A DNA stretch of 64,000 nt from Carcharhinus amblyrhynchos (Eukaryota): positions 66,588,001 through 66,652,000 of the forward strand of contig OZ336871.1 in assembly GCA_965287045.1 (NCBI GenBank). The letters run 5' to 3'. Below, in pieces: positions 12,403 through 23,935 of this stretch (the first letter of the stretch is position 1; each line of letters begins with the position of its first letter). The notes under the pieces are model-generated. The model worked only from the letters and a program-made list of their open reading frames with translations. It was not told the origin of the DNA and did no database searches. A program made the position numbers and the translations under genes.

Positions 12403-12847
12403 TGCCATGGCAACAGGAAAACCATAGGCTCCCTGCAATGCTTTGGCCACTCTTCAATTTCATTTCCAAATGGCTAAGAAAATTCAGCCTTTGATTTAAT
12501 TTGACCTATTTCAATTCTAGCCTTGAACTTGCATTCTGAATTTTGGCACCTCTATTGATTTCTCAAATACATTTAATAAAAAAAATCCAAAGTTTAAGAA
12601 AATTTTATCAAACCTTTACTTGGAAAGGAGAAAACTCACCAATTGTCTCATTTCCTGGTGAAAATGGATTATTTAATGTTTATCGACTTCATGACATTTG
12701 TAAATTTTGTACCTTGCTTTTAAGGAGTTAAAATCCCAACATATTTGTATTGTAAATCATTGCATGGACCAGTTACAAACTGTAGCCTAAAACAGTGCAC
12801 AATCATTAGTACACCCTGGTACTCACTTTCTACTCATTTTGAAATTT

Positions 12848-13270
12848 TGGGGGCGTTTTCCCAAACTCACCATGCCTGGCACGGATTGTGTGCCGATCCC
12901 AGAAAATAGCGCATGGGCCAAAAACTGGCTCTATACCCATGCCAAACAGTTTGCAATTGGCCAGGTCCCTTTCTAATGGCACAAATGCTCAGAAAGGATA
13001 CAAGTCCAACTGGCATATTTAAAGTAGCATTTAAATGCTTAGCCCATTTGATACTGAATTCTCTCAGTTCCCAGGACCCTCCAACCTTTGGATGTGGCAT
13101 GAGACTGGCGAGAACCACTGCTGGTTCCCACTAGTGGAAACCAGGCATTATGACTATGCTAGGGGGCTCAGAGGAAATTGAAGACCCGGGGTGATTGGGG
13201 ATATGGTTGGGCAGTGCCCATTGGGCAGTGCCCATCTGACATCCTAGCAGTGCCTACCGGGCACCCAGAC
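12848..13270 (+). mobile_element. Harbinger-type non-autonomous element, left part
   Basis: Starts GGGGGCGTTTTCCC and is collinear with the 31680-32524 copy (ATGCCAAACAGT.TGCAATTG, GAGAACCACT..TGGT...CACTAGTGGA). Confidence 0.7.
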
Positions 13271-13355
13271 TTCAGAGGGATCTAAACGTATTGGCGTGTT
13301 TAGCGGACAGGTGGCAGATGCATTTAATGCAGAGATGTAACATGATACACTTAAA
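13270..13355 (+). mobile_element. CR1 RT fragment
   Basis: Translates LQRDLNVLACLADRWQMHLM, matching the CR1 LQ.DLD.L..WA..WQM.FN motif. Confidence 0.6.
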
Positions 13356-14379
13356 GACGGAATAGAAATATGCTCCACAGGATACTGTAGCCCATATCAC
13401 TCCATGCTTGACTCCATTCTCCCCCTTACTCCAAGGTCCAGCAGGCTAGGTGTCTAGAATGAGAGTCAGCTGAACAACCTCACATCCAAACCCCACCTTA
13501 ACTCACCACCAGGCAGATAATTTTATACTTTTGAAGAGACGAGAGCAGGCATTTGAAGCAGAGGGGGTCACAGATTGGTGGGAAGAAACCATGCCAGTGG
13601 AAATAGTTTTTGATTGTTTGAACAAAAGACCTGAAGGTGACAGGGTCTTTGTTACCAGCTGAAGAGTCACTGAGAGATCTGCATTCTTTGGAGAAAGTAC
13701 ACCAAAATAGAAGACAATCGAGAAATAAACAAGCCACTAGTTGGCCCTCCATGTGATCAGCACCACAGTGGCGGGAAGTCCCTCTTGTTGAGAGCTACCA
13801 GCTGAACAGATGCTGGCATCTCTTTTGCTCAGCAGCACCACTGGGGAAACAATGGTTTCTGCTGGAATAACACCCAGGACCAGGATCGTGGAACAAGTCA
13901 GGTAAATGATGGTAGGAGGGATTTCGTGGAATTCGAGTCAAGGAGGAGTAACGTGTAGTGGGGTTAGCATAAATAGTGGGGGGCTGAGTACCCTCAGCAA
14001 CCACTACCTTTTCCCCATGCTGGCTCTCTTTATCAGGCTAGAGTGCCCACCTAAGGATTTCAATTGACACTTCCACACATAGTCCTTTCTACCACAGATT
14101 TAAATAGGGTAGAGGCAGAAAGGTGGTGGAGTTCCCATCCACTATCCTGCTTGATTAAATACTCTCCTTGCCTCCAAACTCACTGTGGGTAAATTGTCCC
14201 TTACTGCCACCTTTTCGAGAGCAATTAGGGAAAGACAACAAATACACCCACATTTCATGAACAAATATAAACAAAACACTCATAATGGGCAGAATGACCT
14301 CCTATAATGCTCTAAAAAAGCTCCATGGTTATCTGTTCCATCTTGCTTCTTGTTATTAATTGGTTATTCAGAGATTTGT

Positions 14380-14775
14380 GAGAATATTGATTTTGAATTC
14401 TTTGCTAAACAGTGGAGTGCTGAGAGATGCTGCAGTGTTGCATCATTTTCAGTTGCAATGTTAAGGTAAGGCTCCCTTGCCCGCCCTGGTGGCTCAGGGG
14501 AATGTTTATCATTAAATGCAAAGAGTTCTTCCTAGTCACCTTTTTGGTCAAAACTCCCCCCTCAGCCAACATTGCTGAGAACAGATCATCCTCTGATGTA
14601 GGAACTCTGATCAAGTTCCTACATCAGAGGTAGCAGGAACTTGTCGTGTGTCAATATTTGTCAGATTCGCATACACAAAATTTGTATCACTTGGAAGCAA
14701 TTCATTATATGTGAAGTGCTTTGAGACATTCCTGAGAGATGTGACAAGCCACTCTATAAGGGCATGTGTGCTTTC
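14380..14775 (+). mobile_element. DeuSINE (SacSINE1-like) copy, old
   Basis: GTGCTGAGAGATGCTGCAGTG core, CCCTCAGCCAACATTGCTGAGAACAGAT, and L2-type tail AAGTGCTTTGAGACATTCCTGAG. Confidence 0.7.
14590..14630. repeat. Perfect 17-bp inverted repeat with 7-nt loop
   Basis: CCTCTGATGTAGGAACT-CTGATCA-AGTTCCTACATCAGAGG. Confidence 0.95.
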
Positions 14776-16879
14776 ATTAGGCAGTCCCACACTTTCTAAT
14801 AGTAATTCTAAACATCGCAAACAACTTTGAAACACTTTTATGAAAAATAGTGATCTCCTACAGGTTTTGGTGCATTATTTGGAGGTCTCATGATACATTA
14901 CTTCTGCATGAATATCCATTTTACCCATACCTGCAGTGCAACATAGAATGACAATCAAGTGAGCTCTGAATGTATGAATCTCTGTCAGATTTCCTGCCGT
15001 CTGAATGCTGACACTTAGGGTGGTGTCCTGCAGGATCAGCAGTAACTTTAGAAGCAGGCTGTGGTGTGCAGTAATGTTTGGCACAGTTAGGTAGCAATGT
15101 AGTGCAATGTTGAAATCAGCAGGGGGTTAAGGAGCATAAATGTTCAGCCTACACTCAGGATATGAGGTGGGTGGTAATAGTGCCCCCCCCACCTCCTCCC
15201 AAGCACAGTTAACGCCACACCAATTGCAGACAAAAGAGTAGTGGCAAAAGAGCTTGTGGGCTTCTCAACTTTAAAGCAGTTTTACAATTGGAAATGTTCA
15301 AAGCAGTCGAGAAACCAATGCATTTTAGAAGTTGTTACTAAATGCCTCACGATCACATACAATCACCATAACATGACAAAGATTTTTTTCAAAAGCTGAT
15401 GAATATGCAGAATCAGAATAACATGGAATTATCTGCAAAACGCTGTATGCGAAACTATGGACAAACAATTTAGTCACTTGCTTGTCATTACCCTTCCCAA
15501 CACTTTTTAATTTTAAACAACATTCTGGTGTCCTAACTGTAAACCACTTCAGATTCACGAGCTAATCAAAAAGTAATTTTTCTCTCTTTAAATATGGAAT
15601 TGGTTCAGCCTTCAGCGTGATCTTTTGCAAAATTTCCAGGATGTTCTCACCAAATATATTTTAGATCATTTATTATTTGCATGTTATAGTGCTACCTAAC
15701 ATGATCAACAAACATAATACGCAAATGCCTGTTCACACCTATCTCAATGCTGATGATGAGCCCTTTTCAGTTAATCATTTTCCTCAATATTTGTGATCGA
15801 GTTTGAAAAAGGAATGTGCTGGTTTACTTATCAATGTAAATTTCTGAAAGATGTACGCAACCTGAGACAACAGTTGCACTGCTGTATAGTTTTTGAGTTG
15901 TTTATACGTCATAACATTGCTGACAGAAGAAAGCAAAAACCACATACAGCACATTTTTTTATGTTCATACAGTATATGGTTAAAAATATGCCATGTAATT
16001 TTCCCTCTTAGGTTTCTGTCTCAATGGAACTATCCAATATTAATGGCTTTAGAGGCCAAAAGGGAGAGTTACTTTGCTGTCCGAATTCACATGATAGAGC
16101 CACTGATTCACCATGACTGAATTAGCCAATTCTGTCGTTAGAATTCCAGGATTGATATTGTTATGGAGATTTTTTGCTCCACTACAACATCCATTTATAA
16201 TTATGACTATTGGAATCTCCCAATTCTATTTTTATTCTGTTGGACTTGAAGATTTTTAACCAATGTTTTGGGGATCAATTCTACAATTGCATCCATTTCT
16301 CTGTGAAGTATGTAATGAATGGCCTTGCAAATGGGACATTACACTTCCCATGTGGTTCTGCTGCACTGTCTACTCTTGTTAACTTGAAGACATCTTTCAT
16401 GCTAAAAGAAAATCTATTGTCTTAAACTAAACAATGCAAATAATATAGAAAGGTGGGAATTCTGTGGTAAAAAACATCAGTCCTGATCATTTGAGTTATG
16501 CAATTTTGTGGTAAGTGGAATAATCTGTAAAACCCTGAGACAATACTAATCATGCATTGTGAAAATCTTAGAAAGCTATCGGGAAAGTTCTTTTATGTTT
16601 ATGGACATTAATATGAACAGATTACAGTACTGCGCTAATATTCAACCAGACAAATTGTTATTTTACGATTGAGGGTAGCTTTCCATTCTTTGATATGCAG
16701 GCAGTTGAAAACATTCTATGGCACTGGAGCATTTTTTTCTTTTTGTATTATTTTTTATTTTCACAGTCTGGATGAAACTGAGCAAAGAAGTAACTATGTT
16801 AGTTGAAATTGGATTGCCATGTTGGATAGCGACAATGGGGCAGAGTATGTATGTAAGCAGGCATATATATATGTATGTA

Positions 16880-17230
16880 CGCTGCATAAATTGCTCCTCA
16901 ATTTAATATTCGCCTGTCACCAAAAATACTTTGATGGATTGTGTTTCACATTGTACATAGTGTTAATTATTGCATACAAATCTAACAAAATAAATTGCTT
17001 TAGCTTCTTATTAAGGTGCCTTTGTAATCCCAAAATTTACATTGATTACTGGACTGATGTGTCAAATGCCGCGTTTCTTATCAGGTAAAAATTTATGGCA
17101 GGCTGAATTGTCTCTTCAAAGAATAAACGTTTGCTAACATGACTTAAAATATTATCTCTGTCAAATGCCGAATCTTATCTCCAATGTTCCTCTAATCTCA
17201 TTATGTCAATTAAACAATTTAATAAACTTA
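16880..17230. promoter_or_regulatory. Candidate Pbx-Hox/Meis enhancer (CNE)
   Basis: CTGTCA 16914-16919, TGATGGATTG 16932-16941, and a duplicated TGTCAAATGCCG..TCTTATC module at 17060-17082 and 17159-17179. Confidence 0.55.
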
Positions 17231-17866
17231 TAAACACTTATCTAACTGAGGTGACAATGTCTTGCTGAGATACCCAATTTTCTGCTAACCAGCCTTTTCT
17301 GAAACAGATAATACCATTTTATTACACAAAGGTCACCAGGGAAATTAACTCCTCTCCTATCAAATCTAAAAAATCCACTTGCACTGAATGACAACATGTG
17401 GCTCCTTTGATTATACCCTTCCCTCAGATACCCAATGGAATAGGGTCAATGACCTTTTCTGCTAACTTTAGTCCAAAACTGCTGCAGCTAGCAGCAGGGA
17501 ATTTCAAACTTCCTGCTCTCTGCAGAAACACTAGTCTAATGCCATTACAGGGGTACAAACAAAAACAGGGCAGTGAGCTCTGTGCTACAATTGAAATGAC
17601 AGTTCTTGTTTACCAGGCAAGAGGGATGTATTCTGCATTACAATGTTCACTGAATATCAAAAGATTTGCAGATTTATGAACTATACATACAACAGGAAGA
17701 GCAGTTTGTTAAGAAAATAATGCAGTACAATGTTAAATTACAATTCAAAAGAGAGAAATTTACTTTAAACTTATAGCAGAAAATGTATTTAAAAGTCAAA
17801 AATATATACTTCCATTTTCAAACATGTCTTTAAGAATGGAGATCTCTACCTAGGCACAAGGTTAAA

Positions 17867-17890
17867 TGTGTGTGTGTGTGTGTGTGTGTG
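17867..17890. repeat. (TG)12 microsatellite
   Basis: Direct reading. Confidence 0.95.
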
Positions 17891-18173
17891 TAGTTGTTTT
17901 AAATGTATATATTTATATATGTTAAATAGCCTCTTCAAACCTCCACAGAGATGCTAACCCGATAAAATATGTTGCGTTGTGTCACCATAACTATAGGTAA
18001 AATGCAAATAATACAAATCATTGTGGCAATTCTCTAACACAGCCATGAGCACAGTCATGGTCCCCTCTCTCAGACTTTACTCCAGGCATTCTACTCACTT
18101 TTCCCTATGGGAATCATTTCATAGCTTCACTTGCACATCTCCTAAATACGCCCAGGTTTTTAACAGGTGAAAA

Positions 18174-18433
18174 TGCACAGTGGCACAATGGTTAGCACTG
18201 CTACCTCACAGCGCCAGGGACCTGGATTTGATTCCAGCCTCAGGTGAATGTTTGTGTGGAGTTTGCATGTCCTCCCCATGAGTGAATGGGTTTCCTCTAG
18301 GTGCACCTGTTTCTTCCCACAGTCTAAAGATGGTTAGGTGGATTGGCCATGCTAAATTGCCCCTTAGTATCCCAAGATGTGTAGATTAGATGGATTAGCC
18401 ATAGTAAATATGTAGAGTTAAGGGGATAGGGTT
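18174..18433 (+). mobile_element. HE1-type V-SINE, 3' end cut by Harbinger element
   Basis: GTGGCACAATGGTTAGCACTGCTACCTCACAGCGCCAGGGACC...GATTCC head; the tail is missing where GGGGCGTGAC begins. Confidence 0.9.
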
Positions 18434-19079
18434 GGGGCGTGACTCATGTGCGAATGAAGCCCATTTTCGTGACTATTCCTATTTTACAAGAAAAAAATTG
18501 GCACGATCAAGACATCACCCACAGCAGGCAAGGCATGTGTTTGCGTTTTTTGCTTTCATTACAATGCAATTACTGAACTTCACTCCCAGTCTCCCAGCTC
18601 ACCTGCCCTAACAAACTCACTCGCTGCAGGTCAGGAAAATACCTCAAGTATAAACGTCACATTTGGGCGCTTGAGCAGAGAGGGAGAGCAAGGAGGTAAG
18701 TCTCTGCTTTCAAACTGCTCTGTGCAGCTCAGGGGCATTTGTTTTGTGGCAGCCATGTTGTGTTTCAGGGCACGGGGCTGAGAGGTGTGGGTGGGGTGGG
18801 GAAATGTTGTTACTCCAGGGTCCAATCTTGGCCTCTCAGGATGGACCTGGCTCAGACCGCTGATCTCGGGTCTTAGCACTGACTCTGGGTCCTGGTGCAG
18901 GCAGCAGCAAGCACTGTTGCTGGTGGGGAATGGACAAGAAACTCTCTGAAGTGGCAGTGCTGCAGCCTCAGGAATTGTCAAGCAGCACTGCCTGTGACCA
19001 CCACTGCATGGGTTCTGGGTGTGTGTTTGTGAGTGGAGATGGGGAGGTATGGTGGTTTGTGTTGCCATTCTGGGATCTG

Positions 19080-19280
19080 TGGGTGGTATGTGGTGTGTAT
19101 GTTGCTGGGAGTCACTTGGGGGGGGGAATATGAGGAGTGTGTGTTTTTGGGAGTCTGTGGGGGGAGGCCTATGGGGAGTGTGTGTTGCTGGATGCCTGTG
19201 GGGGGTGTATGGGGAGTGTGTGTTGCTGGGGGTCTGTGGGAGGTTGTATGGGGAGTGTGTGTTGCTGGACTGGGGGGGTG
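19080..19280. repeat. G-rich minisatellite (about 38-41-bp unit, 4-5 copies) inside the Harbinger element
   Basis: Unit TATGGGGAGTGTGTGTTGCTGG...TCTGTGGG repeated. Confidence 0.85.
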
Positions 19281-19379
19281 AGCAGAGTTCTTTAACCTCT
19301 CCATCTGTCTCCCCCTTCCCCAAATTCCCTCTCTTCTTCTTCAGATTGGCGAGATGACTTTTGCAATGCAACTGATCGA

Positions 19380-20135
19380 TTTTGCTGTTTGTTTGGTTGC
19401 TGCTGGAGGAGGAGGAGGAGGAATTGCGGGCAGAGGAGGCCCAGACATTACCACTCACAGGAGGAGAGGGAAATGGCCCCCAGAGGCAGGATGTGGCCAC
19501 CATTTGCCCTGGGGGGGAGGCAGGAGAAGGAGGGAGCAGAGACCCCCAACAGTCCCACACGCAAGTGTCCTTTGAGCAACTGATGGACACCACATGCCGC
19601 GGACGGCTCCAGCTCCAAAAGGAGCCAGTGCAACATCTGTACCATTTGTTGCAGGACCTGGCATCTTGGGGCATGGGTTGGCACTCTCTCCCGGTGGTGT
19701 GAAAGTGACAGCCGCCTTAAATTTTTACGTCACCAGGTCCTTTCAGACCGCCAGTAGAGGCCTTCGTGGCACTGCCTAATCATCCGTCAACAAGTGTGTG
19801 AAGGAGGTCACGGATGTCCTGTATGCCCGGGCTAGCCAGTATATTAAATTTGACCTGGACCAGGTCCAGCAGGAAGCCTTGGGCTGCAGGATTCGCAGAC
19901 ATTGTGGGGGTGCCAAATATGCAGGAAGCTTTAGGCTGTACATAGGCCTCAAGGCCCTGGTGAAGAAAGAGAAAGGGCTTCCACGCAATAATGTGCAATT
20001 GGTGTGCAATTCAGCAGATAGTCTGTTGAACATCATGCACGCCTACGCCAGACACCCCAGCAGTACACATGACAGCTTTATATTGAGGAGTTCTGATGTC
20101 CCGGAGGTCTTTGAGGAGGAGCCCAGACACCAGGG
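19380..20135 (+). pseudogene. Harbinger DDE transposase remnant (HARBI1-like)
   Basis: HSLPVV*KVTAALNFYVTRSFQ; KEVTDVLYARASQYIKF; KG...NVQLVCN; IMHAYARHPSSTHDSFILRSSDVPEVF; several frameshifts. Confidence 0.85.
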
Positions 20136-20485
20136 TGGCTTGTGGAGGGCCAGCTAAATCCTTGTCTCTGGCAGGCGGAGGCCTGCCAGAGGCCTCGAAC
20201 GTTCCCTCTTCCACCCAATGTACATCAGCAGATGTGTCATGTGCACCAGAGAGTGATTCAGATTCCTCACCACTAATTTTGCCCACCAATGTGAGAGTTT
20301 CTGGAATGATGAGTTGTGAGATGGAAGCTGATGCAAAACTGAACTCGGCTTCGGAGATCCCTTCATCGGCTTCCTCCAATGAGATTTCCAAGTTGTCAGG
20401 GGCAGGATGGGCGGGAGCAGCAGTGGGGGCCAAAATGCCAGATGGCGCAGCCGTGTCGGGGTCCCTGCCTACAACACAATACTCA

Positions 20486-21348
20486 AGGTTATAGTTCGGA
20501 TGGGGCACTTTTTGTGCAGTGTGTGCAGGAGGGTTTCCTGACACAATATGTGGATAGGCCAACATTGGACTTGGTACTGGGTAATAAACCAGGCCAAGTG
20601 TTAGATTTGTTAGAGCACTTTGGAGATAGTGACCACAATTTGGTGTCTTTCATTATTGGAGAGGGATAAGGTCATACATCAGGGCAAGGTTTATAACTGG
20701 GGCAGAGGTAATTATGATGCGATTAGGCAAGAATTGGAGAGCATAAGCTGAGAACAGAAACTGTCAGGTAAAGGCACCAATGAAAAGTGGAGCTTATTCA
20801 AGGAACAAATACTGCGTGTCCTTGATAGGTATGTCCCTGTCAACATGCTCCTTCCTTATTCTTGCAATAACTATGCAATACCTTGCCAAAACCTTTTTGA
20901 AAAGGTACCAGTTCCAGATGAGATACACCCAAGGATATTTGATAGGCTTGGGTCGTTTTCATTGGAGCAGAGAAGACTGATCAAGGTTTACAAGATAATG
21001 AGACGCATGGTCAGAATGGATAGGGAACAGTTGTTCTCCTTAGTTGAAGGGTCAGTCACAAGGGGACATAGGTTCAAATGAAGGGCAAGAGGTTTAGGGA
21101 GGATATAAGGAATTTCTCTTTACCCAGAAATTGTGACGGTCTAAAATGCACTGACTGGAAGGACAGTAGAGGCAAGTTGTCTCACATCCTTTAAAAAGTA
21201 CCTGGATGAGCACTTGGCACATCATAACATTCAGGGTTATGAGCCAAGTGCTGGCAGATGGGATTAAATAGGAGTTCAGGTGTTTCTCATGTGTCGGTGC
21301 AGACTCAATGGGCCGAAGGGATTCTTCTTTATTGTATGATTCTATGAT
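20486..21348 (+). mobile_element. CR1 LINE fragments (APE region joined to 3' end)
   Basis: FVQCVQEGFLTQYVDRPTLDLVLGNKPGQV...HFGDSDHN; LGSFSLEQRRLIKVYKIM...TRGHRFK; tail GGGCCGAAGGG...TGTATGATTCTATGAT. Confidence 0.9.
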
Positions 21349-21349
21349 A

Positions 21350-21625
21350 TTGAAGGAGGGGGCAGTGGAAATTGCAAAGTGGTAATCTTCCCGTCTTTCT
21401 TAAATACGGGGATAGTGCCGATGGATTGGAAAATTGCAAATGTTACCTCTTATTCAAAATGGGTCGCAAGGATAATGCTTGCAACTACAGTGCAGTCAGT
21501 TTGATTTCAGTGGTGAGGAAAATCTATAAACGATAGTTCAGGACAAAATCAATAGTCAATTAGACAAGTTCAGGATAATAAAGGAAAGTTAGCATGGATT
21601 CATTGAAAGAAAATCATGTAAAATG
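21350..21625 (+). mobile_element. CR1 RT-region fragment
   Basis: VPMDWKIANVT...NY..VSLISVV motif. Confidence 0.75.
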
Positions 21626-21739
21626 TTTGGTTAAATGTTAACATGGGATCAAATTATTGTATTTATAACATAATTGTTATTAATATTTGTTTTCCATTAA
21701 ACTACAAAATTCTATTTATGCTTTACTGAAACAAAGCAA

Positions 21740-21945
21740 CAGGATGAGGCTGCCTCGCTAAATATATTTAAGACGCGGGTTGACGGGTTTTTGATAAGCG
21801 AGGGGATTAAGGGTTATGGGGAGAGGGCGGGAAAGTGGAACTGAGCCACGACAGATCAGCCATGATCTTATTGAATGGCGGGGCAGGCTCGAAGGGCTAG
21901 ATGGCCTACTCCTGCTCCTATTTCCTATGTTCTTATGTTCTTATG
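21740..21945 (+). mobile_element. CR1 3' end with (TTCTTATG)n tail
   Basis: GATCAGCCATGATCTTATTGAATGGCGGGGCAGGCTCGAAGGGC...CCTACTCCTGCTCCTA plus octamer tail. Confidence 0.9.
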
Positions 21946-22373
21946 TGAGGGGTGAGGGCTGGAGGACCTTTCTGTTTTTATTAAAACTGGGGTGAAGTCC
22001 CACAACACCAAGAAGAGACTTTTTAAACAGTCAGCCCCCAAACTTGGCAGTCCCTGTGGCTCTCTCCAAGTGTTTCCCGGGGTCAGCTGGCCACACTGCA
22101 GTTTGCACCACCCACGCAACAAAAATCCCATCTTTGAAGGTATTTCCTCCTCAGGTAGATAAGCTGAGCCCGGAATTTTCCCAACTCCTGCTACCTGCCT
22201 CGAGGATGAAAATCCAGCTTAATGTGTAAAAATGGTTTAGAAGTATGGATATAATAAAATATGAGCACAAGGAACAATTGCTGGAAGCATAAGTCCAATG
22301 CCTACCTGATATATTACCTTAACTCTCATTTACGTAGAAGTGGTCAGCTTCAAATCGTGTGGGACATTTCCAA

Positions 22374-22580
22374 ATGTGGAGATGAGGGTGTTGGACTGAG
22401 GTAAACACAGTAAGAATTCTCACAACACCAGGTTGAAGTCCAAGAGGTTTATTTGGTAGGAAATGCCACTGCTCCTTCGTCAGGTGAATGGGGAATTCTC
22501 AGAAGGAACAGCACTCCAAAAGCTAGTGGTGTTTCCTACCAAATAAACCTCTTGGACTTTAACCTGGTGTTGTGAGACTT
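22374..22580. mobile_element. Penelope-like terminal repeats in inverted arrangement
   Basis: 53-bp arms 22418-22470 and 22525-22577 (3 mismatches) flank degenerate hammerhead cores; same family as 53050-53160. Confidence 0.75.
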
Positions 22581-22617
22581 TGGACATTTCCTAAGCAGTA
22601 CACCAATGAAACATGAG

Positions 22618-22815
22618 TTGGGAGTTTCTGCCCTTCCCGCACAGTGGTTTTTCCTGCAGTGGAGACAGCATGCAATTGTTCTGCAGGTGGGTTCTTCCAG
22701 TCCTACTGAAGTCAATGACAATTTGTATGGCTCATCAGTCCTGCTGCTGAAGAGTCCAGCCAACTTAATTGGAACTGGAAAATCCCATTGGTGACAAGGG
22801 CCGGAATTCCTGGCA
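22618..22815. mobile_element. Harbinger-type MITE
   Basis: TIR-like ends (GGGAGTTTCTGCCC / GGGCCGGAATTCC) and internal palindromic arms; related to 27615-27810 and 59320-59476. Confidence 0.55.
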
Positions 22816-22904
22816 CATTAGCAAATGCTCCGAGGCCAATCTTGCAGGAGTGGAGTACAATTAGAATGGACAGGGACCAACCAGGAGTTCAATGATCGGA
22901 GCTG

Positions 22905-23098
22905 GGAGAGTGGAGATTGTACGGCCCTGTTGTTGAGAGGGGGTGGTGGGGGAAGGGGTGGCAGTGGTTGGGGGGGGGGAGCGGTGGGGAAGGGGGGCTG
23001 CAGGGCAGCAAACTGCAACAAGCCTTTCAGAACTCCATACACTTTGGAGGGACTGGTCAAACCCCAGCCATGGGACGGGGCCATAAAATTCCATGCAC
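22905..23098. mobile_element. Harbinger-type MITE with G-rich interior
   Basis: ATTGTACGGCCCTGT ... ACGGGGCCATAAAAT inverted ends. Confidence 0.55.
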
Positions 23099-23599
23099 TG
23101 AGTGTAAAATAAACAGACTTAATAATTAGTATATGGCTTTGATTCACTGAAATGTTAATCAACATATCTTTTGGAAAAGTGTAATGATGGCATACGTGAG
23201 GATTGCCATTCATGGAATAAGAGAGTCTAATTGTTACACACTAGTCGTTCTAATTTGATATCTATCTCACTCCCAGGTATTTAAAGGCCAGGATCAAATG
23301 TAGATTAAAATCAGATAACTTTGGTTTTGTCGAGAAGATCTTTGCCCTTGTTTTTGTAAGGGACAAGAAGTCTACTTACAGGAGTGACTTATGATGCTAA
23401 GTTCAAGAGAAAGCTTGAGTAGTCCCTCAATTTGTAACAGCCCTCTTGTGCCCTTTCACTTTGTGCTGTCTGATACATTGAGATGGATTCATGTAACTTG
23501 GATATGTGAGGTTCATTGTTCCATTGACAAGCCTGACTAAACATTCATTCAAGGTGCAGGACTGTGCAGTTGTTACAGTTTAAATGGAACGTGGGGATA

Positions 23600-23935
23600 T
23601 ATACTTTGGAGAGCATTTACTCATGTGGCATTATGTGATATTAAAATGCTGATTTAGGTAGACAGATTAGAGATTTCCATGAGCAATATTATTGTATGTA
23701 CATTTAACATGTCACATCAAATTCCTCTCTCTACAATTTCAACTGACATGTTAACATTATGGGTTAATGCCTTCATGAAAATAGCGGAGAGAGGAATCTT
23801 TCACGGGCACTTTAAACATTTCCATGATAATATGGCAAACAATCATTTTTACTTCATTATGAATAGTGCTTTCAATCTGCAGGGATAAAGCTCAACTTTG
23901 ATAAGGGAACAAATTGGGTATAAGGGCTGGCTGAT
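23600..23935. promoter_or_regulatory. Candidate CNE
   Basis: Unique AT-rich block with TGTCA/TGACA, GATAA, AAACAAT motifs; conservation inferred only. Confidence 0.35.

Larger units (their letters stand above)
18434..20485. mobile_element. Harbinger/PIF DNA transposon, internally deleted and decayed
   Basis: GGGGCGTGAC TIR-like start; plus-strand HARBI1-like transposase fragments; convergent minus-strand second ORF fragment. Confidence 0.8.

Noticed and set aside
19080-19280. Regularly spaced repeats resembling a CRISPR array
   Set aside because: Units are contiguous G-rich tandem copies without unique spacers, there are no cas genes, and the context is vertebrate
18631-19674. Longest ORF in the track (347 aa, minus strand)
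   Set aside because: It is antisense to the Harbinger transposase remnant and runs through a G-rich minisatellite; the Pro/Thr/His low-complexity product is not a credible protein
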